NCBI GenBank assembly: GCA_964607485.1
Contig: CAZSKP010000010.1
Span: 1 to 64,000, forward strand
Source of the DNA: an uncultured bacterium
Lineage (GTDB): Bacteria; Abyssobacteria; SURF-5
Direction: 5' to 3'
Length of the DNA: 64,000 bases
In this document: positions 1-10,032 of the stretch, piece by piece
Layout: each line of letters opens with the position of its first letter
Position numbering within the stretch: the stretch's first letter is position 1
The notes under the pieces: generated by a model
Told to the model about the DNA's origin: nothing
Seen by the model: the letters and a program-made list of their open reading frames with translations, nothing else
The model's database searches: none
Made by a program: the position numbers and the translations under genes

Positions 1-373
<373 letters not shown>

Positions 374-525
374 AAAAAGCTTTGAACAGGCCGGCAGAAA
401 GCCGCGCCAGCCCGTTTCTCTGGCTCTTTAAGAGCCTCAATGTTCTCATTGGGGCCATATGGACACGCGCAAAGCGTTTCCATCGCCTACGCACGCTCGT
501 TTGCAGACGATGCACCTTCCTCAAT

Positions 526-537
526 TTTCAAAGAGCA
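526..537 (-). promoter_or_regulatory. rrn leader boxA antitermination element
   Basis: Minus strand reads TGCTCTTTGAAA, matching boxA (TGCTCTTTAACA), between the promoter and the 16S gene. Confidence 0.7.
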
Positions 538-730
538 ACGCGCCCTTGCCTTCAAACTCAACGGGCATCAACTTTTCGTTGACGCCCGTTCGTCAAGCCT
601 CTCGCCGCCGGTGGCGGCTACGGGCCCTGCACCATTAGCTCTGTCCTGGTCAGCCCAACTTGAGCTTTTCTCCCGTATGAGGTCTCGACGAACAGACAAA
701 GAACACAGCCTCACCTCTAAGGCATCAGTA

Positions 731-759
731 ATCATAGCATACGCAGTCCCTGTTGTCAA
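731..759 (-). promoter_or_regulatory. sigma70 promoter of the rRNA operon
   Basis: TTGACA-17 nt-TATGAT with extended -10 TG on the minus strand. Confidence 0.85.
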
Positions 760-773
760 GTGCTTTATTGCGA

Positions 774-802
774 TTGACAAGCCGGAGGAGTTGAGGTAGA
801 AT
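774..802 (+). promoter_or_regulatory. sigma70 promoter, divergent, upstream of dinB
   Basis: TTGACA(774-779)-17 nt-TAGAAT(797-802). Confidence 0.75.
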
Positions 803-817
803 CATTGCGCTCTCATA

Positions 818-949
818 CTGCTTGTTTGGGCCGGTTCGTGGTTTGGGTCGGCCTCCCAGGAGCGAAAGACCACGTCTCTGCCGGGAAGCGTCGTCGGGGG
901 CGGCGGCTCCATACATCCCTGCGACGACGGTGTCGGCACAAACGCCCAG
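818..949 (+). ncRNA. putative structured RNA / 5' leader of dinB
   Basis: Closing stem 824-834/933-943, stem 837-844/867-874, stem 889-896/922-929, complementary loop segments GGAGC/GCTCC. Family not recognised. Confidence 0.5.
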
Positions 950-951
950 CG

Positions 952-2163
952 ATGTCCCGGACTATCATCCACGTAGATATGGATGCGTTCTACGCGTCCA
1001 TAGAACAGCGCGACAACACTTCGTTGATGGGCAAGCCCGTCATCGTCGGCGGAGTCGGCGGACAGAGGGGCGTCGTCTCGGCGGCATCTTACGAGGCGCG
1101 AACGTACGGCGTGCACAGCGCGATGCCTCTGAAGACGGCGCGGCGGCTGTGTCCGGAAGGAGTCTTCCTGCCGGTCGACATGGAGAAGTACGTCGGCGTG
1201 TCGGATCGGCTTCGCTTGATCCTCTCGAGTTACACCCCGCTCGTCGAGCCCATATCTCTGGACGAGGCGTTTCTGGACGTCACTGCGGGCGTGAAGCTCT
1301 GGGGGAACGGAGAGAGGATAGGGCGCGAGATAAAGAAGCGTGTGAGGGACGAGCTCAACCTCACCGCCTCGGTGGGAATAGCGCCCAACAAGTTTCTGGC
1401 CAAGATGGCGTCGGACCACGGGAAGCCGGACGGCTTCGTCGTGGTACGCCCGGGCGGCGAGTCCGATTTTCTCCGGGACCTGCCGGTGCGGAGCATCTTC
1501 GGCGTGGGCAAAGTGACGGCAAGCCGGATGCTCGAGCACGGCATCGAGACCATCGGCCAGTTGGCGGAGAAGTCGCGTGACGAGTTGAAGCGGCTGTTTG
1601 GGAAGTACGGAGAGCGGCTGCACGAGCTTTCGCACGGCATCGACGACGAAGAGGTGATAGCCGAGGCCGAGGCGAAATCGATAAGCCATGAGACGACGTT
1701 TGAGACTGACGTGGGAGATGCCGAAGAGCTTCGCAAGACGCTCGGCTTGCTCTCGGACTTGGTCGGTGCGAGACTCAGAGAGGAGCAGCTCGTGGCGAGG
1801 ACGATCGGCGTAAAGGTCAGGCTCGCCGATTTCACGACGATGAACAGGGAGCGAACTCTGTCGGAGCCGATAGACGCGGACAACCAGATCTTCTCCGTCG
1901 CCCGAAACTTGTTCCAGGCTGTTCCCCTGGGGGGACAGAAGGTGAGGCTGCTTGGCGTCGTCGCCTCGGGGCTGGACCGCCCCTCGGCACAGTTGCATCT
2001 GTTCTCGGAGGAAGGTGAACGGAATCGCCGGGCCATGACAACCATCGACAATATACGGAGAAAATTCGGCGACGCCTCCATTGGCCGGGCCTCTCAGGCG
2101 CGGCCGACGGACGAACGAAAAATCCGCAAAGGAAAAGAAAGGAGCAACACGGCGGATGAGTAA
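952..2163 (+). CDS. dinB: DNA polymerase IV (Y family)
   Basis: IIHVDMDAFYASIEQRD, SYEAR, SLDEAFLD and KPDG motifs; C-terminal QLHLF clamp-binding-like motif. Confidence 0.95.
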   Translation: MSRTIIHVDMDAFYASIEQRDNTSLMGKPVIVGGVGGQRGVVSAASYEARTYGVHSAMPLKTARRLCPEGVFLPVDMEKYVGVSDRLRLILSSYTPLVEPISLDEAFLDVTAGVKLWGNGERIGREIKKRVRDELNLTASVGIAPNKFLAKMASDHGKPDGFVVVRPGGESDFLRDLPVRSIFGVGKVTASRMLEHGIETIGQLAEKSRDELKRLFGKYGERLHELSHGIDDEEVIAEAEAKSISHETTFETDVGDAEELRKTLGLLSDLVGARLREEQLVARTIGVKVRLADFTTMNRERTLSEPIDADNQIFSVARNLFQAVPLGGQKVRLLGVVASGLDRPSAQLHLFSEEGERNRRAMTTIDNIRRKFGDASIGRASQARPTDERKIRKGKERSNTADE

Positions 2164-2575
2164 GGACTACATGAACAAACTGATCAACGATATTCAGCAG
2201 TATCTCAGAGAAGAGGAACAGAAAGAGCGGGAGCAATGGCACTTCCTTCCCACCAGGGCATCCATGGTCAAGAAAGAGCCTCTTCCGCGTCCGATCTTCA
2301 TCGGGCTGATCACTCTGCTTTCCGCGTGTGCGATAGGATCCATCACCGTCGCCATCCTGCTGCTCGGCTTTGTGGGCACCCCCCTTCGCGATTCGACGGG
2401 AGCGATCTGGTTGCTCGGAGCGGGCGGGTGCGGCATCTTTTTTTCCGCCATGTTGTTTTCCGTGTGGAAACGGCTCGCCCTGCTGAGCCAGATCGAGAGA
2501 AACACCCGGCTCATCCTCGCCAGCAGGCGCAAGACAAACGCGCTGCTGGAACAATTCATGCGCAACATGTCCTGA
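2156..2575 (+). CDS. hypothetical membrane protein (2 TM)
   Basis: Start overlaps the dinB stop, AAGGAG upstream, two hydrophobic segments. Confidence 0.7.
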   Translation: MSKDYMNKLINDIQQYLREEEQKEREQWHFLPTRASMVKKEPLPRPIFIGLITLLSACAIGSITVAILLLGFVGTPLRDSTGAIWLLGAGGCGIFFSAMLFSVWKRLALLSQIERNTRLILASRRKTNALLEQFMRNMS

Positions 2576-2617
2576 GCTTCGCCGGAAGGCAGTGTCGGGT
2601 GTGACCGGGACAGCCGT

Positions 2618-2776
2618 TTAGTCCCACATCCACTTCGCGATGCCGAGAACGACGATGAGAGGAACAAAGACAGCTATCCAGCCCTTGTTGTCCCACGCCC
2701 ACGGCGCAAGAGTGTTCACAAGGAAGTTGATCATCCAGCTCACCGTGTCGCCGAGTGTTTGTTCGATAGCGCCCAT
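2618..2776 (-). CDS. small hypothetical membrane protein
   Basis: 52 aa Trp-rich ORF with one TM helix, just downstream of the amidohydrolase on the same strand. Confidence 0.55.
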   Translation of the reverse strand: MGAIEQTLGDTVSWMINFLVNTLAPWAWDNKGWIAVFVPLIVVLGIAKWMWD

Positions 2777-2814
2777 TCTTTTCCCCCGTGCCAGACCCAA
2801 GCCGCTCGAAGATT

Positions 2815-3717
2815 CTAAATCCCCAATATCCTCTTTGCGTTTTCACCTAATATCTTTTCTTTTTCAGCAGGCGTGAGAGGAAGCCGCAGGAACCGCTTCA
2901 GGTCCGCTGCGGGATTGAACCACGGATAGTCGGAGCCGAACATCACGCGCTCGACTCCCAGCTTGCGAATGAGTTCGACGGCGTCGGCGTCGGACAGGAC
3001 TTGAAGTTCCTCAACGCTGGAGACGACGGCGGAGGTGTCGAAATATAGGTTGGAGTATTTCTTCGCCAACTCGACCGACTCGTCCCAGAATCCCTGACCC
3101 ATATGGGCGAGGACGAGCTTGAGCGTGGGAAAGCTCTCCAGAACGGGCTCGAAATTCGACGGCTGTGTGTACGTCACGGTTCCATACGTCATGAAGTGTC
3201 CGCCGTGCGAAATTATCGGAAGACCAAGTTCCTGTGCCCTAGAATAAACCGGCCATAGACGTTCGTCGCGGGGGAAATACTGGCCTTCGGCGTGATGCAG
3301 CTTTATGCCTTTCGCGCCCAATTCCTTCGCGCACCGTTCCACCTCGGCCACCATCATGTCCGTGCCCATCAGCGGATCGACGGAAGGGAACGCCACGAGC
3401 TCGGGGTGTTCACGCGCCATCTCGCAGGTCCAGCCATTGCGCCTCTTCTGCCGCTCGGCCATTTTGGCTACGATGTCCGGGTGCTCGCCATCGCGTTCGT
3501 TTTCCGGAAGCTTCTCGACAGCCGCCTCGTACATCTCGCGAACGGGTGTCATGTTCACCTGAACCGCCTTCGAGATGCCGGCCTCGCGCATGATGTCGAG
3601 CAACTCCTCAGGAGTGCCGTTGCAGCCCGCCTGGCTCAAGCCGGCCATTGCCTGGAGCGCTATCTCGGGTGTCTTATACGTGTGCACGTGAGCGTCAACG
3701 ATGAAATAGTCTGGCAT
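2815..3717 (-). CDS. amidohydrolase family protein (Amidohydro_2-like)
   Basis: IVDAHVH, GIKLH, LVLAHMG, FDTS and VMFGSDYP motifs. Confidence 0.9.
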   Translation of the reverse strand: MPDYFIVDAHVHTYKTPEIALQAMAGLSQAGCNGTPEELLDIMREAGISKAVQVNMTPVREMYEAAVEKLPENERDGEHPDIVAKMAERQKRRNGWTCEMAREHPELVAFPSVDPLMGTDMMVAEVERCAKELGAKGIKLHHAEGQYFPRDERLWPVYSRAQELGLPIISHGGHFMTYGTVTYTQPSNFEPVLESFPTLKLVLAHMGQGFWDESVELAKKYSNLYFDTSAVVSSVEELQVLSDADAVELIRKLGVERVMFGSDYPWFNPAADLKRFLRLPLTPAEKEKILGENAKRILGI

Positions 3718-3911
3718 GTTCCCAAGTCCTCGGAGTTTGTACGGCGTCATCCAAACCCATGAATCGCGCGGCCATTATACCATCGCGGGCTCGTTCGGGC
3801 AAAGTCCCATGTGCCTCGGTCGTGTGCCGACCGCTCCCCTTAAATCAACTTGTGCGGAGCACTCTCTACAATTCTTCTCTGTTCCGTTCAGTCAATCGGT
3901 TAGGCGATCTG

Positions 3912-4253
3912 CTAACCGCCCTGAACGTCGTCGAAGTCACTTCGCGTGGCGCCCTGATGAACATCGAGGGCATCTTCTCTGTTCAGTTCCGCAAAGCTGC
4001 CGGGAACGTTCGTGAAATAGAACTCGTACTGGTCCTTGTTCACGAAGACACCGATGTCCGCACCGTGGTTGTCCGCGTACACTCGCGCACATTTCCAACC
4101 TTCCCGCGCACAGGCCTCGCGCGGCCCCTCCATGTTCCTGAGTCTGTCATACCATGCCACCAGCGTCATCTTTTCGCCGACCGCTTCCCTCGCCGCGCTC
4201 TCGGCGGCCCTGTAATCAATCCCGCTGCTCAGAGATATGTCAATGGTCCTCAT
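3912..4253 (-). CDS. AF1514-like small protein
   Basis: LVAWYDR...C...W...YADNHGADI...VN...YEFYF pattern resembles the AF1514 family. GAGAGGAG RBS. Confidence 0.65.
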   Translation of the reverse strand: MRTIDISLSSGIDYRAAESAAREAVGEKMTLVAWYDRLRNMEGPREACAREGWKCARVYADNHGADIGVFVNKDQYEFYFTNVPGSFAELNREDALDVHQGATRSDFDDVQGG

Positions 4254-4317
4254 TTTCGTAATCTCCTCTCTTCCGTCACTCGTTTTTGTTACTCATTATA
4301 TTTGGCCGTCTAATGGA

Positions 4318-4332
4318 GCATTGGCCATGCCA
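4318..4332 (-). promoter_or_regulatory. putative sigma54 -24/-12 promoter
   Basis: TGGCATGGCCAATGC (GG-N10-GC) 65 nt upstream of the AF1514-like gene. Confidence 0.55.
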
Positions 4333-4589
4333 AGGAGAAATGGAGAATCTTACTCCGAAGGCTGGCTGACCGCTAATCAGCTGTCGGGTTTGCAGTTACG
4401 GGGTCGTCGTTTCTCGTTTGTTGCACTCTTGCGGGAAGCGAGGGAGCCGCTGGCCGTTTCAATATGCGATATGTCGGGTCTTTTTGGTCGTATGGTTTTG
4501 AAACGCGCCGTCCACAATTCATCAATTGGGGGGACTTGTCTTCTAATGACAAATGAGGGCACGAACGCGGATTATGATATGAGAAGGGG

Positions 4590-5684
4590 TTATCTTCCGA
4601 GGATCATCAGCACTGCAACCGCGGAGCACACGCGGACGTTCTTCACCGGGTCTTCCAGCTTTTTTTTCAAGAGAGCGAGCGACTCTTGTTCTCGAATGCG
4701 CCCGAGCGCAACGGCGGAGTCGGCCCGTATCTGCCAGTTTTCGCTGTCAAGCTTCTCACTCAGCCGTTTAACGACCGCGACATCGCCCAGCTTTCCGAGG
4801 GCGGTGACTGCCATGCTCTGAATGTTGGCGTCCGGGTCCTTCAGGGCCTCGGCAAGCAGTTCGACCCCTGTCCTGTAACCGAGTTTTGCGAGCGATTCGG
4901 CCGCTTTGTATTTCACCATCTTGTTCTCATCGACCAGGGTCGATTTAAGCAGCACGATTGCGCTTTCCTCACCGAGCCTTCCCAGTGACTCGGCGGCGCT
5001 TATTCGCGCGAGCTTCACGGGGTCGCGCAGGAGCGGCCGGACGCTCAAGATGGCGCTCCTGTCGCCGATCATCCCGAGAGCCCATGCGCTGCTTGCCCGA
5101 ATGGGCCAGTGGGGTTCCTTGAGCATTTTGCTGATGTGCGGAATTGATGCGAGCGAGCCGATTTCGCCGAGGCACTCAATCGTAAAGACCCGGAGTTTCC
5201 AATCGCGCCGGCTCGAATGAGTCTCGGGCGAAGAGGAGGTTATCTGGCTCGGAGTCATGCCGAGGATACCCACCAGAATCTTCGATCCTTCCGGCTCTCC
5301 AAGCTGACTGAGGGCCTTAGCGGCATTGATCCGAACGTAATCGTCTTTGTCATTCAACGCGGCCCGGACGATGGGTATTTGAGTTTCGTCTCCAAGCTTC
5401 CCTATGGCGTCGATGATCCAGAACCTGACGAATCCGTCACGGTCCAACGCGGCATCGGCAAGCGCATCCAGGGCGGGCTGAATGAACTCTTGCGGAAGAA
5501 AGTCGGCAGCCACGCCGATTCCCCAGGCGGCGCATGCGCGCGTGCGCCACTCGTCATCCTTGAGCGCATTGCGCAAAAAAATCCAGCAGAAACGCCCAAG
5601 CTGCGACTTGTCCTCAAAGTTGACGGACATCGTCCTCTTTTCTGGACTTTGGGATTCCTGCTGTTTTTCCGGCTCGGAAACCAT
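4590..5684 (-). CDS. HEAT/PBS-lyase repeat protein
   Basis: Repeated VRxxAAxALGxLG units; start codon uncertain. Confidence 0.85.
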   Translation of the reverse strand: MVSEPEKQQESQSPEKRTMSVNFEDKSQLGRFCWIFLRNALKDDEWRTRACAAWGIGVAADFLPQEFIQPALDALADAALDRDGFVRFWIIDAIGKLGDETQIPIVRAALNDKDDYVRINAAKALSQLGEPEGSKILVGILGMTPSQITSSSPETHSSRRDWKLRVFTIECLGEIGSLASIPHISKMLKEPHWPIRASSAWALGMIGDRSAILSVRPLLRDPVKLARISAAESLGRLGEESAIVLLKSTLVDENKMVKYKAAESLAKLGYRTGVELLAEALKDPDANIQSMAVTALGKLGDVAVVKRLSEKLDSENWQIRADSAVALGRIREQESLALLKKKLEDPVKNVRVCSAVAVLMILGR

Positions 5685-5911
5685 CGGGTGACTCCCTCCG
5701 CCACACCCCCTAGAATAGCACACTACCGCCGCCGCTTTCAAGTTTTGGCGGGATGCACTCCCGCCAAAGAAAACCGCGCAACGGACAAAGTGCGGCCCGT
5801 CCGACGGAGGTTTTTGCTTGACTTTCGGGGCAATTGTGTTATAAAAAGTATGTCACTTTCTGAGCGTCGCATGGTCGCAGGAAAGATGCAGATTGCCGGC
5901 AGGGGAAAGGG

Positions 5912-5962
5912 CAAGAGTCCGAGGCTCAAGAGCCGCAGATTCAAGAGTCACGGACTCAAGAG
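5912..5962 (+). repeat. 15-nt period tandem repeat, CAAGAG core x4
   Basis: CAAGAG at 5912, 5927, 5942 and 5957. Confidence 0.7.
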
Positions 5963-6025
5963 AAACGGCCGCATGTCCCATGTCGGTTTTTTTGATTCCA
6001 TATGCCGGCCGAGGAAGTATTCATC

Positions 6026-6415
6026 GTGAACCAGCCGAAGATTGACGAGATATTCGACAAGCTCCGCAAGGCCGGCCACGGCGCCGTCATCAAGTTCGAC
6101 GCATCCAATTCCGGCCAGTCCATTGAAGGGATAATCTTCGAGCCCGGCACTCAGCGGCCGAGCGGCTACGAGTCGGGAATATTCGTGTCGGTTCCCTCCG
6201 ACGAGAAACTCATCTACTATCTCGACCCCGAAGCTTCCAGAGAAGAGGGCCGTCTCGTGATAAAGTTGATCGAGCTAAAACCTAAGAAGCCGGCGCCGGA
6301 GGTGGGTCCCGAGGAACTTTTGAAAGACTTCGAGCATCTCAGACAAGCGCCCGATGTAAAGCGTGGCGGCGGAGCGGCGGGTGAAGCGTGCTCCAAGCAC
6401 AAAGGGATCGTGTAG
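6026..6415 (+). CDS. hypothetical protein
   Basis: GTG start after GAGGA, host-like codon usage, no recognised motif. Confidence 0.65.
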   Translation: MNQPKIDEIFDKLRKAGHGAVIKFDASNSGQSIEGIIFEPGTQRPSGYESGIFVSVPSDEKLIYYLDPEASREEGRLVIKLIELKPKKPAPEVGPEELLKDFEHLRQAPDVKRGGGAAGEACSKHKGIV

Positions 6416-6527
6416 CCGGGACGGTGTGAATCGGCATAATCGTATTCTTAAAAGAAGATGTCGAGTCGGTTCCAAATAGCGTCGCACATATTCCGGACCT
6501 GTGATGCGGAGAGGGGAGTGAGTCGCG

Positions 6528-7007
6528 ATGGCTAATAGTACCGAGGACAAATACGCGAAATACGAGAAGTATCGCCCGCTCGTCGAATCGATCGAACTTT
6601 TCGATGGCATCGAATTCAAGAACTGCATCAAGATCATGGCGATGGCGTTGCAGACGAAGATAATGCCGGGCGACGTGATCTTCCGAAAGGGCGACGTCGG
6701 CCATGAGATGTACGTCATCCTGAGGGGAAGAATCGAAATAATCGACGAGGACGTCCGTGGCGACAGAACCCTGGCGGTGCTGGGACCGGGAGAAACGTTC
6801 GGCGAGATGGCGCTGTTCGAGCATAAGGAGCGTTCCGCAAAGGCTGCCGCCGTTGAGAGCTGCGTGCTGCTCGCGCTCGACGAAGAGAGGGTCGAACGGC
6901 TGCTCACCAAGAGCGTCGCCATTCGTCTCTTGTTCAACCTCGCGAAAATGCTGTCGAGTCGCCTGCGCGAAACCAATCTGCTTCTCGCGCGCGCAAAGGA
7001 GCACTGA
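6528..7007 (+). CDS. cyclic nucleotide-binding domain protein
   Basis: IFRKGDVGHEMYVILRG...GPGETFGEMAL...RSA signature; no HTH. Confidence 0.9.
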   Translation: MANSTEDKYAKYEKYRPLVESIELFDGIEFKNCIKIMAMALQTKIMPGDVIFRKGDVGHEMYVILRGRIEIIDEDVRGDRTLAVLGPGETFGEMALFEHKERSAKAAAVESCVLLALDEERVERLLTKSVAIRLLFNLAKMLSSRLRETNLLLARAKEH

Positions 7008-7066
7008 CCACTCAGCTGCGCGTGCAGTCCCCTGAAACGACTCGGACGCGCGGAGAGCCGCGTACC

Positions 7067-8074
7067 CTATTCCGGCTTACCTTCCCGGGGCGCATCCGAG
7101 GCCGCCGCTTCTTCGACTCTTTTCAACAGCCGGATTTTCACGAACACAAGGGGCGAGATCGCCAGAAAGACGCCCATGACGAAGTACCTGCAATAATTAC
7201 TCAGATGCGTCTTGGGAAGCACCATCGCGAGCCTCACGCGCAGAAACAGCAAGACAGCCAGGCCCACTATTATGACAATTATCGTAAAGAACGGATTACG
7301 CGAGCGCCAGCGCAGGCGGAGCATCGAGTAAACGATGAAGAAGCCGGCGAGGAACCCGGCATAACTGAAGGCCTGGGGCTGTCCCCACGCGACCGCAAGG
7401 TACACTGCCGAGAGCACAAGCGACAGCGCCACTCCGAACAGGCGCGAACCTCGAATCGAATTGCGCAGCGAGCTGAGGTCGCGCACGTGTCCATAGATTC
7501 CGGTCGCGCCAATAGCGATGCCGAACCCGCAGATGAGCCCACCCACGGTGTCCGAGAAATAGTGCACGCCGAGGTATATCCGGCTCGCGGCCATCAACAA
7601 TGCCGCAATCAGGCAGAGATACCAGTACTTATTCACGAACGCGTATATGAGCCATGAGTACAGTGCTCCGCTCTGGCTGTGTCCGCTGGGATAGCCATAT
7701 CCCTTCGCTCCGACGATACGGGTGATCTCTTGGCTCTCCGGCCTGCCGAGTTCAAAGAATTCTTTTATGTGCATGTTGATCACATTGCCGAACAGGAGCA
7801 TCAATAGGAAGGTGATCATTTCGGCCGTGTGGCCCAGCCAAAAGACAATGCATATGACGATCATCAGGCCCATCTCGTTCCCCAACGAGGTCACGGCGGT
7901 CATTGCGTATGTGAGGTATTGAGAGCGCACCGACTTTGTGACCTTGATGGCCAACGCGTCCGCGCCGTCGAGCACGCCGAATTGCTTCTGAAGCGCCCCG
8001 AGCGCAAGCGTGAACAGGATTGCACCGACGGCGATGGCGAGGCAGACGTTGAGGTTGTATTTGCGCTGGATCAT
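7067..8074 (-). CDS. PAP2-family membrane phosphatase
   Basis: K...RP, YPSGH and SRIYLGVHY motifs; multiple TM segments. Confidence 0.9.
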   Translation of the reverse strand: MIQRKYNLNVCLAIAVGAILFTLALGALQKQFGVLDGADALAIKVTKSVRSQYLTYAMTAVTSLGNEMGLMIVICIVFWLGHTAEMITFLLMLLFGNVINMHIKEFFELGRPESQEITRIVGAKGYGYPSGHSQSGALYSWLIYAFVNKYWYLCLIAALLMAASRIYLGVHYFSDTVGGLICGFGIAIGATGIYGHVRDLSSLRNSIRGSRLFGVALSLVLSAVYLAVAWGQPQAFSYAGFLAGFFIVYSMLRLRWRSRNPFFTIIVIIVGLAVLLFLRVRLAMVLPKTHLSNYCRYFVMGVFLAISPLVFVKIRLLKRVEEAAASDAPREGKPE

Positions 8075-8111
8075 TCCGCTCTTCCTCCTCTTTGCCGGGC
8101 GCCGTTGCGTG

Positions 8112-8810
8112 TCACCCTGTCACAGACCCCGTCGTCACCTCGCGGGTGAAAAAGAGCACCTCTATCTTTTCCGAGATGATTCCCTCGTACAGAGTGAGGG
8201 GATGGCGCGAAACAAGCTGGAACCCCCACTTCTTGTAAAAAGGTACAGCCAGCTTGTTGTGCGAGGTGGTGCCGAGGTGCAGACCCCTGACGCCGTTTTC
8301 GCGAAGATATGCAAGGTATGCCGATAGCAGCCTGGAGCCGATTCCGCCGCTCCTGTAACCCTCGGCCAGGTTCATGTGCAGGTGGGCGGGATAGTCCCCG
8401 ATGGGTTCCTCCACAAATTCATGCCGCCACATGCTTCTCAGGTATCTCCGCATGAATGAAAAGAAACGTCGGTCAACCTTATATCCGAAGGTGAAGACCT
8501 TGCGCCGGACCCGGGGCATGATCACCTTCCTCTGCACCTCCTGCTGCACCGAGGTGTCCCTGCATCCCATCAGATAGCCCACCACCTGTCCGTCCACCTC
8601 GGCGACAAACGCCGACTCGGGCTCATGGTCGGTGTAATAATTCATCCAAAAGTCGGCGAACAGCTCGAGACAGCCGAAGTAAGGAGCAATCGAGTCGCCC
8701 ATCAGCCCTGTGTCGTAACATATCTTTCGCACGGCGGCGCGGTCCTCCGGCCTATAGCCGCGGACTGTCGCCCCGGCAAGCTTTCTCTTCGACACCTGCA
8801 TGGTTTTCAC
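8112..8810 (-). CDS. GNAT family N-acetyltransferase
   Basis: YPAHLHMNL...YRSGGIGSRLL (motif A) and N..AVPFYKKWGF (motif B). Confidence 0.88.
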   Translation of the reverse strand: MKTMQVSKRKLAGATVRGYRPEDRAAVRKICYDTGLMGDSIAPYFGCLELFADFWMNYYTDHEPESAFVAEVDGQVVGYLMGCRDTSVQQEVQRKVIMPRVRRKVFTFGYKVDRRFFSFMRRYLRSMWRHEFVEEPIGDYPAHLHMNLAEGYRSGGIGSRLLSAYLAYLRENGVRGLHLGTTSHNKLAVPFYKKWGFQLVSRHPLTLYEGIISEKIEVLFFTREVTTGSVTG

Positions 8811-8841
8811 GCAGCCCCCCGGCGCCTGGCCGTCTCCGCCT

Positions 8842-10005
8842 CTACCGCCTGTAAACTATTCGCCCCTCTACCATCGTGAGAGCGACATCGAAATGCTCGT
8901 CCATCAGAATAATATCGGCGTCCTTCCCGACGGCTATCTGGCCTTTCGAGCCGTCGAGCCCTATCACGCGGGCGGGATTCAGCGACGCCATCGAGAATAT
9001 CTCCCGGAGCGGAATTTTGCCGAGCCACTGAAACACGTTTCTGATTGCCGCGTTCAGCGTGAGGACGCTGCCTGCAAGATTGCCCGAGCGCTTGAGGCGG
9101 ACGGCGCCGTCCTTCACCGTGACCGCCATGCCCATGAATTCGTGGTCGCCGTCGGGCATGCCGACCGCAACGCCGTCGCTGACGAGCACCACCTTGTCCC
9201 GCGGCTTGCACCGCATCGTGACGTCCACCGCCGCGGGAGCGACGTGGTGTCCGTCGCAGATGAGCTCGGTCGAGAACAGGTCCATGGCCAGGGCCGCGCC
9301 GACGACGCCGGGTTCCCTGTGATGAAGACCACGCATGGCGTTGAAGGTGTGAGAGACGTGGGTGAGTCCCGCCGTGACTGCGCTTCGGATCTGGTCGAAC
9401 GTCGCGTTGGAGTGCCCTACCGCCGCGACGGCTCCGTGCTGCCTGAGAGCCGATATAAGATCCAGTGCGCCGTCGAGCTCCGGCGCGAGCGTCATGATCT
9501 TCAGCAGTCCGCCGGCGGCTTCCGCATAGCGCGCGAATTCCTCGACCGAGGGCGTCCTCATCGCAGCGACGAGCTGCGCGCCGGCCATCTCGGGATTGAG
9601 GTACGGGCCCTCCATGTGGATTCCCAGCATCCTGGCGCCGACGAGGTTGTCGGAAAACTTCGCGGCCGTGGCTATCGCCCCCAGCGTGTTCTCGTGCGGC
9701 ATCGCCGCCAGAGTAGCCAGGAAGCCGGTGGTACCGAAGTGGGCGAGGGTCGTCGCTATCCTCCCGTAGCCGTCGGGGTCGGCGAGCTCAAACATCTGCC
9801 CGGCCGCTCCGTGGATGTGGAGGTCGATAAATCCCGGCGCGATGTGGTGGCCGGTGGCGTCTATCAGCTCGGCGCCTCGCGGAACCCGCAGGTCGGGCCC
9901 CACCTCGGCGATCTTGTCCTGTTTGACGAGGACATCGCTCTTGAACAGCACGGTGTCGGCAAGGACCACCGCCCCGTTCTTGAACAGGACGTCTCCCTTC
10001 GCCAC
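8842..10005 (-). CDS. nagA: N-acetylglucosamine-6-phosphate deacetylase
   Basis: PGFIDLHIHG, GIHMEGPYL, TLAPE, GHSNA, HTFNAM, DGHH, VSD and LAGS motifs. Confidence 0.93.
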   Translation of the reverse strand: MAKGDVLFKNGAVVLADTVLFKSDVLVKQDKIAEVGPDLRVPRGAELIDATGHHIAPGFIDLHIHGAAGQMFELADPDGYGRIATTLAHFGTTGFLATLAAMPHENTLGAIATAAKFSDNLVGARMLGIHMEGPYLNPEMAGAQLVAAMRTPSVEEFARYAEAAGGLLKIMTLAPELDGALDLISALRQHGAVAAVGHSNATFDQIRSAVTAGLTHVSHTFNAMRGLHHREPGVVGAALAMDLFSTELICDGHHVAPAAVDVTMRCKPRDKVVLVSDGVAVGMPDGDHEFMGMAVTVKDGAVRLKRSGNLAGSVLTLNAAIRNVFQWLGKIPLREIFSMASLNPARVIGLDGSKGQIAVGKDADIILMDEHFDVALTMVEGRIVYRR

Positions 10006-10032
10006 TCTTGCGCCCTTCTTTCTATGAGATAC

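Noticed and set aside
5912-5962. CRISPR interpretation of the periodic repeats here and at 20253-20602
   Set aside because: Units are 6-10 nt with very short spacers, and there are no cas genes in the window.
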